A stretch of DNA of 63,959 bases, the filler included, from Folioceros fuciformis (lineage: Eukaryota), in NCBI GenBank assembly GCA_049999805.1. It is 13 parts of 13 records of this genome, joined end to end, with 100 filler letters (N's around TTAATTAATTAA, not from the genome) between each part and the next. Parts side by side here need not be neighbours in the genome. Positions count along the whole stretch, not along the records: positions 22,451 to 25,884 come from JBNGIO010005570.1; positions 25,985 to 28,117 come from JBNGIO010005571.1; positions 28,218 to 33,893 come from JBNGIO010005572.1; positions 33,994 to 36,245 come from JBNGIO010005573.1; 9 more parts are not named here. The stretch is one strand, 5' to 3'. Below are positions 22,451-34,141 of this stretch, in pieces (position 1 is the stretch's first letter; each line of letters begins with the position of its first letter). Below the pieces are notes generated by a model. That model was not told the origin of the DNA and searched no databases. It saw nothing but the letters and a program-made list of their open reading frames with translations. Made by a program: the position numbers and the translations under genes.

Positions 22451-25400
22451 CTGAGGGGAATCCTGGCCAGGGAGGATCTGCAGGCTGGTAGACGGAAGCG
22501 GCAGGCCAGACAGGGCCAGATCCCGAAGCCACGCAGGCTGGCCAGGCTGGCTGGGGCTAGTCTAGCCCAACGCAGGAAGGCCGAGCAGGTGGGTGGCCTA
22601 AGCGAATTGGCCAGGAGGGCGGTGTATGGCCTTGCTGGTAGGCGGATCCAGCCAGGCAGCCAGGTAGCCACCTGGCCGGGGAAGGCAGGCCTAGCTGCCA
22701 AGACAGATAGATAGAGGGCCGGCCTGGCTGCAGCTAGAGAGGCAAGGCTAGACAGCCTGAGGCAGCGCTGGATCGTAGCTAGACGGGCCTTGGGCTAATT
22801 TAGGCCGTGCTGGCCAGCAAGGGAGGCTCAGGCCGGCGACAGGCTAGCAGGGAAGCTGGCTATCGGGGCGGCTGGCCGCAGCTAATGGCTGGTGGCGAGC
22901 TGGGTACGGCCTTACAGGCTAGATCCAGCTGGCTGACTAGCTAGGTGGATCCGGGTAGGCGACCTGGCTGACTAGTGGACGGGCTAAGGGAATTTAGGCA
23001 ACGGCCTGGCCAGATCTCAGGCAGCAGCAGGTAGGCGGCCTGGCTGGAGGTGGCAGCTGAGAAGCCTAGACCGGCAGGCGGCCAGCCAGAGCGAGATCCA
23101 GGCCAGGCCCGGTTGCTGGAGATCAGGTAGGCTGGATGGCGATGGCAGCTGCAGGCAGGCATCAGACAGCCGGTAGTGGCTAGCAGGGCCGGTGGCTGGG
23201 GGATTCAACGGGCTAACGGGCCGGATTCGGAGGCCAGCAACGGCCCAGCTGCTTGTGGCTGGTCTGGGTGGATCCGGGTAGCCAGGTCGACTGGTTGGAC
23301 CCTGGCCAGACTGCGACCTGGCTGAATCGAGGCATGGCAGGCCAAGAAGGCTGGCGGCTGGTAGGCAGGGGGGTGGCCGACATGCGAGCAAGAGAATGGA
23401 AGGTAGGCAGGCCAGGGTGGATACAAGCAGCCGGGAGGGATCTGAGGTAGGCGAGCGGGTGCCAGCGTCAAGACCGAGGCGAATCAGGTGGACCAGATCC
23501 AAGCGGTTGGTTGGCTGCCAGGCAAGCAGGCAAGCGACCTGGCCTAATCGCCAAGGTAGGCGAACCCAGGTAGGCAGGTGGCTTGGCCTGATCGCCAAGG
23601 CAAGCAAGCGGGTTGGTTGGATCGTCATGGCAAGGTTGGATCTCGAAGTCAGGCAGCCGCCTAGCGGCTGGCTGGGGAGAGTCCGCATTGGGGGGAAGGA
23701 CGGATGGTTAGCAGGGTGGCCGACCCGAGCAGGTAGTTCGGCTGACGGCTTGGCGGGCTAGCAGGCCGGATCGAAACCGTTGCAAGGGATGCGCAACCTG
23801 GTAGCGGGCTGGATCACGGCCAGGCCAACCCGGCAGGGAGCATGGCACTACCTCGCGACATGAATAGGCTGATGAAATCCAGCAGGTAGGAGGTCGGCTA
23901 GCAGGCGGGTTACCCGCGAAATCCAGGCAAGTAGGTGGAGCCAAGACGTGCAGAATCGTGCTTAACGGAATTGAGGCAGGCAGGAGGCAAGCTGGGGTGG
24001 TCGAGTCCTCCAAGCGGATCAGAGGTGGGCGCTAGCGTCCAGGCGCCCGACGCTCCAAGTAAGTAGGTGCCAGGGTCAGTCTAGCAGGTCGGTGGGTGGT
24101 AGAGACTCCAAGTTCTGCCTGGATCGCATTCAGCAGGTTGGACCATGGTGGTTGGTTGGCCGGGTCTGGCCAGGTCCCTAGCAAGTGAGGCACAGGCGGG
24201 CCTCGGGCTGATCCAAGCGAAGATGGCTGGCAGGTGAGTCTGTGGTGGATCAAGGAAGGTGGATTGGCCAAATGAGAAAGGGCCAGGCACGAGATCCAAG
24301 CAGGTGGCCCTTTCTCAAGGGGCTGAGCCAAGAGGGGCAACTGGGAGGAGGTTCGTGGCTCTAGGGAAAGAGGCATCAATGTTGCTATGGGCCTTTGGAG
24401 CAGTTAACCTGGGTAGCACCGAATGCCTCGTGAACCATGTATGGCTACTTTTGCAACTAGATTGGGACCAGAGCAACGCACCTCCCCTACGGGCAGCCAG
24501 AGGACATACCTAACATTTGGCTGTCCGCCGACGAGCAGCGTTGCTCGCAGGCGGAAGATCTGAATACAGACGTACTACTCACAGGTGGAGAGCCAGATGG
24601 TGGGAACAAGGCTGCTCCTCAAGGGCATCAGACGGGTAACTGGGCTGGACCATGGGGCCTCCTTGGCCAGCAGGATGGGGAGTAGACGATAAGAGGAAGG
24701 TGGAGGCTTGAAGGGTTGCAGGATGATTCGAGGGAAAGGGAGGATCTGAGGGAGGAGAGAAGAGTGTTAAGGAGCACTCCGGATTCTTGCTAGTTGTGAG
24801 AGGCTGACAATGTTGGATAGAGGGCAACCAGCGGTGTCCAAGGGGGTAACGGGCAATTAGGTGCAGGTTAGAGTTAGGCTTGGGTTAAGTTGCGATCAGA
24901 ACTAGGCCTGACTATATTTAGGTCTGTTTAGTTTTAGGTCAGACCTAGGCTAGGTTTAGGTTAGGCCTGGATTATGTCTAGGTCACAGGCCTAGATTAGG
25001 TCTAGGTCAGGCCTATATTAGGTCTAGGTCAGGCCTAGATTAGGTCTAGGTCAGGCCTAGATTAGGTCTAGGTCATGCCTAGATTAGGTCTAGGTCAGGC
25101 CTAGATTAGGCCTAGGTTAGGCCAAGATTAGGTTTAGGTCAGACCTAGGTTAGGTTTAGGTCAGAACCGGATGTAGGATGGTTTAAGTCAGAGAGAGAGG
25201 TGGTTAGGTAGTTGACTCAAGTTAACCCTAGTAGACAGAGATGAGGGCTAGGCAGTACAAGAGGGGAGGCCTGCCATTGAGAGGAGGGTGGTCTACGGTG
25301 TGATGTCCCCGGACCTTGTGTGCGGAACTCCTGGCTTAGGGCGCTGAGCCGGTTGAGACCGAACCGAGGTCCTAATTCCCCTTGCCACTAGGGGAACGTG

Positions 25401-25884
25401 GAGATCCCAAGACTGTCAAAGATCCGTGTGGCCGGATCCGCAAGGGCTGAATGATTTGCAGGCTGGCTGAAGTGAAGGAACAGGACCGTGAGCTGGAGGG
25501 CTATCCAGTCCTAGTGTCCACACTATGCTTGGAGGCTGTAGGGAGTGAAGCCATTATGTCCCAATTTCCAGGAGCGGCTGAAGAAAAGAGAGGAAGAGTT
25601 GGAGTGAAATGCATAGAAGTGAAGAGTGAGCTGCTGAAGTGCAGGAATGTGTGTTGAAGTAGAGGGTGGAGGACTGAAGTGAAGAGGGAGGGACTGAAGT
25701 GGGAATCTTGAAGAGCTGAGGTGAAGGAGGAAGTGGCTGAAGTGGGAATCAAGAAGAGCTGATGGACTGAAGAACAGGGGTGTGAGTTGGGCGAGCTGAC
25801 TTAGGGGGTAGGTTAGGCTTCTAGCCTTTTGTTGTGTGTGTATGGACAGGCCTATAGACCGGCTGATAGGTAGAAGTGTGATAG
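22451..25884 (+). mobile_element. Internal part of a long gypsy LTR: GC-rich block, TTAGG array, conserved core, CTGAAGTG repeats
   Basis: Homologous to 11280-11420 and 34145-34330, and on the reverse strand to the PBS-flanked LTR at 16200-16850. Confidence 0.7.
24930..25165. repeat. Tandem 22-bp unit TTAGGTCTAGGTCAGGCCTAGA (~8 good copies)
   Basis: Units in register at 24996, 25018, 25040, 25062, 25084, 25106, 25128 and 25150. Confidence 0.92.
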
Positions 25885-26190
25885 NNNNNNNNNNNNNNNN
25901 NNNNNNNNNNNNNNNNNNNNNNNNNNNNTTAATTAATTAANNNNNNNNNNNNNNNNNNNNNNNNNNNNNNNNNNNNNNNNNNNNAATATCTTGATCAGGA
26001 AAACGTCACTGATGCTGTTATGTAGGTAGGGGAGAAGGAAAAAAAAAATGGACACAAGACCCAGGAGTCACAAATCTATGGCTAGTGAATTTTGTGTCAA
26101 ATGTTTCCGTCTTTCTACATACATGTGCAGCACCAGACTAGGTTACTTACAACTATAGAAATATGCAATATCTATGCATCAAAGCTCCAA

Positions 26191-26397
26191 GCTCTGATAC
26201 CATGTTGATAAACATGAGAGCAATACTCTTGTAGTCAAGATGTATATTAAACATTAAATTAATTAAGCTCTAAAGAAGTCTTACATACTTACTCTCCTGA
26301 AGAGTCATGACTGTTCAGCTGACCTAAACTTATACAACTATCGGCTAACAGCTGTGACGTTTATCTTAACTAAACCCTAACGGGGTTCTATTCAACA
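26191..26397 (-). mobile_element. Copia 5' LTR (26203-26397, 195 bp) and tRNA-iMet PBS (26191-26202), nested in another copia
   Basis: Plus strand GCTCTGATACCA followed by TGTTGA...TTCAACA. Confidence 0.88.
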
Positions 26398-28117
26398 ATA
26401 TCTGGGAGCATGAGATTGTGGATGTAAGAGCTTATAGGCCTTCATATGCTCCATGTACCCAACTAGGATATATTGTTCGCTCCTTGCGTCAAACTTTGAG
26501 CGTGAGACTGCAGGGATGTATACATAGGTGGGTGAGCCGAATACCCGGATATGACCAAGAGATGGTTTGAAACCTGTCCAGAGTGTGTAAGGAATCTATC
26601 CACCGATGGCAGCTGAAGGTAATCTGTTGATAATGTAGTTTGCTGTATCAACAGCTTCAGCCCAGTAATGTTTGCTCAAACCGGCTTGAATCAGCATAGT
26701 TCTCGCATAGTACTGAAGAACTTGGTGTTTGTTCTCCGCAACTCCGTTCATTGATGAGGAGTATGGGACTGTAACTTGCTTGACGATACCACGCTGAGTA
26801 CAAAAATCTGTGAAGGCATGTGATGTGAGTTCTCCAGCACCATCAGTACGTAGTTGCTTCAGTGCTCTCTCAGTTTGTCTTTCAGCCATAGTGAGATACT
26901 CCTGAAAGATGTGTAACGCTTGACTTTTCTTTTGCAGGAAGTATGTGAAGGTCATTCTGGAGTGATCGTCCACAAACGGCATGAAGTATATCGACCCGCC
27001 GAAGGAAGGTGTTGATATGGGACCACAAAGGTCCGTGTGAACAAGTTCTAGTAAGGCCAACGCTCTGTAAGAAGAGATCTTGGCGTAGCAAGCTTGCTTG
27101 ATTTTTCCTTGCGCGCATGCTTGACAGAACTAGATGTCTATCAAAGTTGGCATTTTATGTCGATATAAATCCTTGTTTGCCAGTCCAGTCAGTCGTTGAT
27201 TGCTGACGTGGCCAAGTCGAGCGTGCCACAACATGGAGGAATCAACAGAACCTTGCCTAGCTTGTGCGGTGACAAGAGCTGCAGGTGAATAAGCTTGACT
27301 TGTAATACTCGTTTGCAAACACAAGTCGAGCTTGTAGAGATCCTCCAGTAGTGTACCCGATAGGACTAAGCTTTGATCAAGTTTGTTTAATATTGCACAG
27401 CTGTCCTTAGAGAAGTTCACTGTGAAATTGCCCGTGTGAAGAAGCTTCGACACGCTAATCAAATTCTTGATCATAGAGGGAACATAAAGAGCTTGTTTAA
27501 TGTTAAACAGTCTTCCGGCCGAGTCTGTAAGGGTTACAGAACCTTCACCCACAATCTTGCACACAGACTTGTTTCCGACCACCAGATCGTTACTTATGTC
27601 ATACTTGTGCAGGGTTCTGAAGAGTTTCTCACAGTTACAAACGTGATGAGTTGCTCCGCTGTCGAGGAACCACGCCCCAGTCTCACACAATGTGGAGTCA
27701 GCAGATAGGATATTCACGAGGACAGTAGGTTTAGACGTCGATGCCATATGCGTTTCCGGTTGTTGGAATTTGCGAGGCTCACCGGCTAGTTTCTTCCTGC
27801 AGTCCTTTTCCCAGTGACCAGGTATGCGACACCAATTACAGGATCCTTTGGAGGACTTCCTGGGATTGGAGTTTGTGTTCTGACCTGTGGAGGCAGAGCC
27901 AGAGAATTTCTTCGCTTTCCTGAATTTGCCTTTGGAGGCAAACAGTGCCTTGGCTCCTGTAGCGTAGGAACCTGTTGGCGATTTCTTGTGTGCTTCTCTG
28001 TGCACCTCCTCAGCAAGAAGGCTTGTCGTGACGTCCGTGAGCGTCACTTCTTTGCCCATGCCTAGGGCTACGGCGGCCTTACTTTGGTTGATCAGACCAA
28101 ACTGTGATGTGGCGAAG
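26398..28117 (-). pseudogene. gag-pol: Ty1/copia gag C-part - protease - integrase
   Basis: CNWCRIPGHWEKDC, WFLDSGATHH, LWHARLGH, VHTDLCGP, LRTDGAGE, NGVAE, YWAEAV. Contains stops and frameshifts. Confidence 0.93.
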
Positions 28118-28217
28118 NNNNNNNNNNNNNNNNNNNNNNNNNNNNNNNNNNNNNNNNNNNNTTAATTAATTAANNNNNNNNNNNNNNNNNNNNNNNNNNN
28201 NNNNNNNNNNNNNNNNN

Positions 28218-29457
28218 GGATGGTCGCTCGTTGTGTGCGTGCTTGATTCCTGCTGCTTACGTGCATGTGAAGGCCGCTTCTCACGCTAAGTGGGAGGAGA
28301 AGTGGAGGGCGGTAAGCTCTGTGAATGTGGGTCAAGGCATGCGTGTTTTGAGCTTCCATAGGGATGCTTTTAGTTGTTTAGTGGTTGAGATGCCTTGGCA
28401 ATTTGCAGAACTCGTATGGGCACATGGACTCGGATTCCGTTCGGAAGGTATGAGAGTTACTCTGGTTCAGGCAGGGGCAGAGTCAGATTCTGTTTTTTTC
28501 CTGCTCTCATAGTCTCTGCAAGTGAATGTGGGTTACATTTGCAACTCTGGACGCGTTGCTTGTCGGTGATCAACCTACCCGTTGTCTTCTGCCCCTTTGC
28601 AGCGCCACTCCATATACGAGAAACGAAAGCGGCGAGCAGAGGGGAAACGCAAAATTCATCAAGAGTGGCGCTGTCTCGTGTTGCATGTTGACGAGTTAAA
28701 AGCGGTACATGTTTATATACAATGGTGGTGTGGTGTGTGTCTTAAACCGCACGGAGTGGCATTTGGAGGATGAAGTGTTGGTCATTTGCTTGGCCTTCAG
28801 AGGGTGGAGGAAACCCGGCGGGTGAACACGAAACAAGCGCAGAAAACTACATGCGGGAGGTCTCAAAGATTTGAGCGTGACTGGAAACGATTCTGTCAGA
28901 AAACTAATGGCATGTGTAGCCGTTATTTGCATTTGAAGGTATCATATTTCCCGAATGGTGTGTAACTTGGGTTTCATTGCAGGGAAACCAAGACAGGCCG
29001 AACCAGAGGGTCCGCAGGAAACGCAAGCCGAAGGTGGTGAACCCTACTCGAGGTCGTCAGCAGGTGCTGATAGTAGCTATTACTACTGGGAACAGGGCCG
29101 TTACAGTAGGCAATATAACTCGTGGTCGAGCAGCTCCTCGGAGTACTATGCCAAACGAGGTCCTTCCTGGTCCAGCCATACTGCTTGGGGCAGTGGAAGA
29201 GGACCAAAACAGGATACGACTGATTTTGAGCAGACTATTGGATCGAAAACAGATAGAGCGGAGCTGGGCCTGCCTTCAGCTGGACCCTTGACGTTAGTTG
29301 GTTTGAAAGAGGCGTAAGCAATGTCTATCCTCCCTTCTCAGGCAGGTGCTTGTGCGTACCTGCTCTTCAATTTGACAACTTGTCTGAGGATTGTGGCTGC
29401 AGGTTCCGTATTTGTGCTTTGAAGTGGCACCCAGATCGACACCTGGGTCCTTCCAAG
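28218..29457 (+). CDS. Partial host gene for a protein with a C-terminal J-domain; exons <28218-28311, 28603-28704, 28801-28876, 28983-29313, 29403-29457
   Basis: GT-AG introns with consistent phases (0,0,1,2). Spliced product ends DRAELGLPSAGPLTLVGLKEAFRICALKWHPDRHLGPSK, with the HPD motif. The start codon and last exon were not found. Confidence 0.75.
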
Positions 29458-29939
29458 GTACGTCACATCAAGCCGAGCTGGCTGGCACCTTCAACTCCTT
29501 GCGGGCTGGTTAAACGAAGATGGGCACCCCTGCTTGTTTCCACACTCTGTCCTGTACTGACCCCCCTTGGATGGCATTTGTCTTCCAGGAATTTGCCGAG
29601 TCCAAGTTTAAGCGCGTGGGTGCAGCTTACAGGGCCTTGCTCCACGCCTTGGGACCATCATCTTGAACGGCTTTCGTAAGATGTTCAAGTATCGTAGATT
29701 GCTCATCCTTCCTCTTTTCCAGGTATCCTGTGTGTCCGGCAGCACTAGTGCAAAATCGTTCCCGGATATCTTGTCATTAATAAACTGCGCCCCACTTCTC
29801 GTGGTAGTCTCAGCCAGCCGGCCCCGCAGCTGGTGTTATCCTGCTTGCGATGTTGTACACAATCCCTCCAAAGCCAAGTGTCAAACCCAGTGGCCTGTGC
29901 TAGGCTGGAAGAGCACCTTTGTGATGGATGAGGATATAA

Positions 29940-31400
29940 ATGCTTGCAAGTGGAGAGCACGCAGCAGGTTGGTTCCTGAAGCTTCTGCTCACACCAGTGC
30001 GCTTAGACTTTCCGGCCTGGCAACTGTATCAAGAGGGACATTCCACAGCAGACCAAAGGTATGCCAAGTCATTCAGCATTTTTGCTAGCTCTTGGCATGC
30101 CGGAAAACATGACCAGACAGGTCAGAGGTATATGGCTGCTGCATTTTGCGTTACCTGGAATCTTGTATCCCTTGGTCAGTCAGTCCCCTTGCCGGCCATT
30201 GTTCCATTGTCAGCCCCCGTAGTGATTTCAGTAGGGGCTGTACTTCCTACGTCAAGTATCAGCCAAGTGGGTGGAGGAGTTGCTGCAAGGATGGATGCTC
30301 CTATTCACAGTCGTCAGCAATACGTGAAGTTTGGAGACAAGAGAAGAGGGGAGGATGCTGAATCCTTCCTAAGGACGTTCGAGCATGTGTCTCGTGCCAA
30401 CATGGAGGACACTACAGCTGATCGTGTGAGGATCTTTCCAGGTTTGCTGAGAGGACAAGCTCAGCAGTGGTACAGCCGGACGTATGGAGTGACACAACCA
30501 GTGGATTGGGACAGCCTGAAGGACGATTTCTTGACCAGGTTTCGAGGTCTCAGCCATGGCCATCACACGTACGCAAGGTTGAGGACTTTGAAGCGAGGAA
30601 GGAAGGAGGATCTCTATGATTACATTGAGAGGTTCTACAGCTATGTGGACAGGATCCCACGTGGTAGGCCAGTTGTCCCAGGAGGTCTGAGTACTCCAGG
30701 GTACACGGATGCTCAAGCTTTGGATTGGTTTGCTGGAGGACTGCCCGATCGGACGGCAACCTACTGTACGAGAGGTGTGACCACTTTGCAGGAGGCTTTG
30801 AAGGCTGCTGAAGATTTTGAGCTGTCGGAGTTGAGTAGAGAGAAGAGGAAGCAGAACCGGAAGTATGGGCATCATACGAGGTCGAGGCATCACAGCCCAT
30901 CTTCCTCTTCAAGGTCGAGGTCACCGTCTCACTCTGATTCGGATTATGACAGCCTTGTGTCGGATCCTTACACCGATGAGGAGTCCGATAAGGCTTATGA
31001 GAAGAGGATGAGGAAGGATCTGGAGAAAGCACGCAAGAGGCGCGAAGATGATGAGGATCGTCGAGCTGAGAAGGACAAGAGAGGCAAAGGATCCTATAGG
31101 ATGAGAGGCGAACCGTCCTCAAGTGGTGGAGGACTGACCAGTCAGGTTGAGGCATTGACGAGGAGGCTGGCCGAGCTGGAGGTGAAGGCAGTACGCAACC
31201 AAGCACCAAGGAGGTCACCTTCACCGGGTCGGCAGCTGGTGTACTGTTCTATCTGTCACCAATCAGGACACACCCACCAAGAGTGCACTAGGGCTCCCCG
31301 CCACGCCGTCAACCAAGTGGACACCTACCTACCAGGAGACTATTGGTACGTGGATGACTCCTATCAGGTACAGGCTGTGACTGCTCCTCGACCACCATAG
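29940..31400 (+). CDS. gag: Uninterrupted gypsy Gag-like ORF (capsid, Ser/charged linker, one CCHC knuckle) with no visible LTR, PBS or pol
   Basis: EDAESFLRTFE...LLRGQAQQWY...DFLTRF...YIERF...WFAGGL...CSICHQSGHTHQEC. Homologous to the gag at 13599-15724. Confidence 0.85.
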   Translation: MLASGEHAAGWFLKLLLTPVRLDFPAWQLYQEGHSTADQRYAKSFSIFASSWHAGKHDQTGQRYMAAAFCVTWNLVSLGQSVPLPAIVPLSAPVVISVGAVLPTSSISQVGGGVAARMDAPIHSRQQYVKFGDKRRGEDAESFLRTFEHVSRANMEDTTADRVRIFPGLLRGQAQQWYSRTYGVTQPVDWDSLKDDFLTRFRGLSHGHHTYARLRTLKRGRKEDLYDYIERFYSYVDRIPRGRPVVPGGLSTPGYTDAQALDWFAGGLPDRTATYCTRGVTTLQEALKAAEDFELSELSREKRKQNRKYGHHTRSRHHSPSSSSRSRSPSHSDSDYDSLVSDPYTDEESDKAYEKRMRKDLEKARKRREDDEDRRAEKDKRGKGSYRMRGEPSSSGGGLTSQVEALTRRLAELEVKAVRNQAPRRSPSPGRQLVYCSICHQSGHTHQECTRAPRHAVNQVDTYLPGDYWYVDDSYQVQAVTAPRPP

Positions 31401-33993
31401 TCCATTTGGAGATATATTTGCGGAATTCAAAGGAGCGCGGCTCTATGGAATTGTAATCTCTGGTTGGATCCCTTGGCATAGAGTCGAAGTGTCACAGCAG
31501 AACCATCTCCTGCCCTGGCATGGTAATTCTGAACGTTGGGCAGGTACACGACAAACAGATGAGATAAGCGTAACTTTGTATTCGGTCGTGCGAGAGGGCA
31601 AGTCCAGCGGCGGCAGGTTCAAGCCAAGGAACACGGGCAGAACGGTCTTGTAGAACCCATGGATCCCAAAAGGGCCTGAATGGTTTAGAAATTGTGGAAG
31701 GACGAAATGTGCTGGCTTGCGGAAAAATTCCCTCGGGTGCACAAGCTGTCCTGCAATCGTAGCTCCTTACAGGGAGCTACAGAGCCCTTATCCAGCTTCA
31801 GGTCAGTTTACGACTTCAGAATCGCACGTTTGCGTACTAGCTTCCCGCTTGGAAAGTTGTTGCAGCAGGCTAATGCAGGCTGGGTGTCTAGAAAGCCGAG
31901 AGTAGACAACAGGCGGGTCAACATGCAGGAAGGCTCAGGAACGCAAGCTCCCAGGAGTCCAAGCGTCGTCCTCAGGCAGACTTCGTTTGGTTTCTGTGCT
32001 GGTGACGTCGCAGAAGGCCTGCCTGTACAGAAATGAATAGGAAATGAATTGAAACCCTAACTAAGGCTTCGGCATTCCGTCGGGTCGGGTCGGGTCGGGG
32101 GCTCCAGTATTGCCATTAAGCAGGGCCGAATTTGTCAAGGGTACGGTTGATAAGGCCTGAGCTCTAGAAGACTTATGGATTCCTGAGCCGGACTGCACCA
32201 GTGGTGGATCAGTCCTGATATTCTGTCTGTCTTGTCCTGTCTTCCTTCTAGTTTCACTACCACTGATGATAGCAGTGCAGAGCCTGTCCATGGCCACTGC
32301 TTACTGCTCCAATCCAACTGCTGGTGTGTCCCTACAAATTGATGAGTCGTCCTAGTTTTTTGATTGGTGTGTTCATGACCGGCAGGGCGTGATTGAACAC
32401 ACCAATCAAAATCAAGCTTCCGCTCGTCACCGGACCCGTCAAGGGCTGGAGGACGGCAGGTGATACGCGCATAATGGGAAGCTGTCAGCGAAGCTAAAAA
32501 CTCGATGTTACCACGAAGGTCATAATCTCCTTCACCGATTGTGCGGCACTGACGAGTGACGCCAGAACCCTGGGACTCCGCGCCCCGGGATATGTATTTC
32601 ATCCTGCATCCAGATTCTTGACGCCATACCGACACTCGCCAGCAGTCGAACCTCCCACACCCTCCTCCGCACTCCCGACAACCTTTCTTCCTGTGGCCAT
32701 TGGCCAGCCCTGCCGTCGGAAGATACCCGCGACTGCTGACCGGTCACTGTACACTCCGACTGGCGGGCTAATGGCGGAGGTGTCTCTCATTCTCACACGC
32801 CAGAAACGAAGTCAAAGCAAAGGTCCGTCTCGCCCGGCTTCCAAGAGCCTCCCCTCCAGCTCGCTCGTCACCCATCCCGATCCCCTCCCTCTTCACACAC
32901 ACAAAAACAGTCTTCGCCACGGCTCACTGGAGATAACCTGCCTGCCATCGCCATCACACCGTTCTACCACCAACGTACGGGCAGCACCGCGCGGCAGAAA
33001 CAGACAAAGCATCCTTTCATCCCTTCCTTTCACGAAGCCGCATCAGCAGGCACGGTGCACGACACCGGCAGCGGCATCACCCGGTCCCCACCCTATCATT
33101 CGCCTGCCTGTCCCTGTCATGCCGGATTCATGTCAGGCCTGGCAAGGATAATAAAGGAGGAACCTGGCCCGACCTGACCTGGCCTGGCCTGGCCTGGCAT
33201 CGCCCGTGTTTCCCTCATCACACGGGCTTTGAAATAGCCGCTTTCCCGCTCCCTTTCACACGCCCCACATGCCTCCCTGCGTGCAGCGGCCGCTCGCTTT
33301 GGAGAGCGAGTGAGGAGCCATCAAAAAAAACCAAGTGCCCCGCCTCCAACTCCATCGTGCTCTGCACCTCGTCTCCACACACACCTGGATTGTCGCTGCG
33401 ACTCGCCCAATCTGGGGACCGCCATAACCGGGATGGAGTCAAGGAAGTACATACGACACCATACTCCACGGGACTTCCATCGCACCTCCTTTCTACATGC
33501 CACCTCTAATCCCTCCTGCCAACCATCACACCCGCATCGTCCGTCTCCCACCTCGTCTCCTCGATCAAGCTTCCGTTCAAAGTCGTAATCCTTCCTTCAG
33601 GTCTCATGGACATTAGACCGGTATTCAGGTAGACCTTAGTACGGGAAGGAACATGAATAACATATTTATTTGTGACGCCTGCTCAGATGATGGACAGCTT
33701 GGGTAGAGAGTGGATGTACTTGATGAGCATGCAGCGTGCGGGAAATAAAAATGGTATTGCGGGACAAAAAAGTAAGTGGGTAGGTAGCAGGCAGCCTTTA
33801 ACGGCGGGTGGGGTCGGCCATTTGTGCACGTCCCATTTTGGTCAGGGTGGGAGAGAGGCTGGTTAGCCGGGAAGCGGAGTGTACAGTACAGTANNNNNNN
33901 NNNNNNNNNNNNNNNNNNNNNNNNNNNNNNNNNNNNNTTAATTAATTAANNNNNNNNNNNNNNNNNNNNNNNNNNNNNNNNNNNNNNNNNNNN

Positions 33994-34141
33994 GATCAAG
34001 TCCGACCCTCCATCCACAGCAGCAAGGAACCCCATCGCTCCTTCGTGGGAACGAAACCCAATGTCTCAACGACAGTGGGATAAGTGTGGCCACTAAAGGT
34101 GGGACCCGTCGGCAATCAGTGCCAGGGGTTTTGCCTCCACA
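33994..34141 (+). mobile_element. U5 end of a family X LTR
   Basis: Near-identical to 397-544. Ends CCTCCACA. Confidence 0.85.

Noticed and set aside
24930-25165. True telomere or interstitial telomere
   Set aside because: The units are not TTTAGGG or TTAGGG, and the array lies inside LTR-homologous sequence.
31692-31790. Missing J-domain terminal exon (LAEKF...)
   Set aside because: Weak resemblance that would need a frameshift, with no convincing acceptor site.
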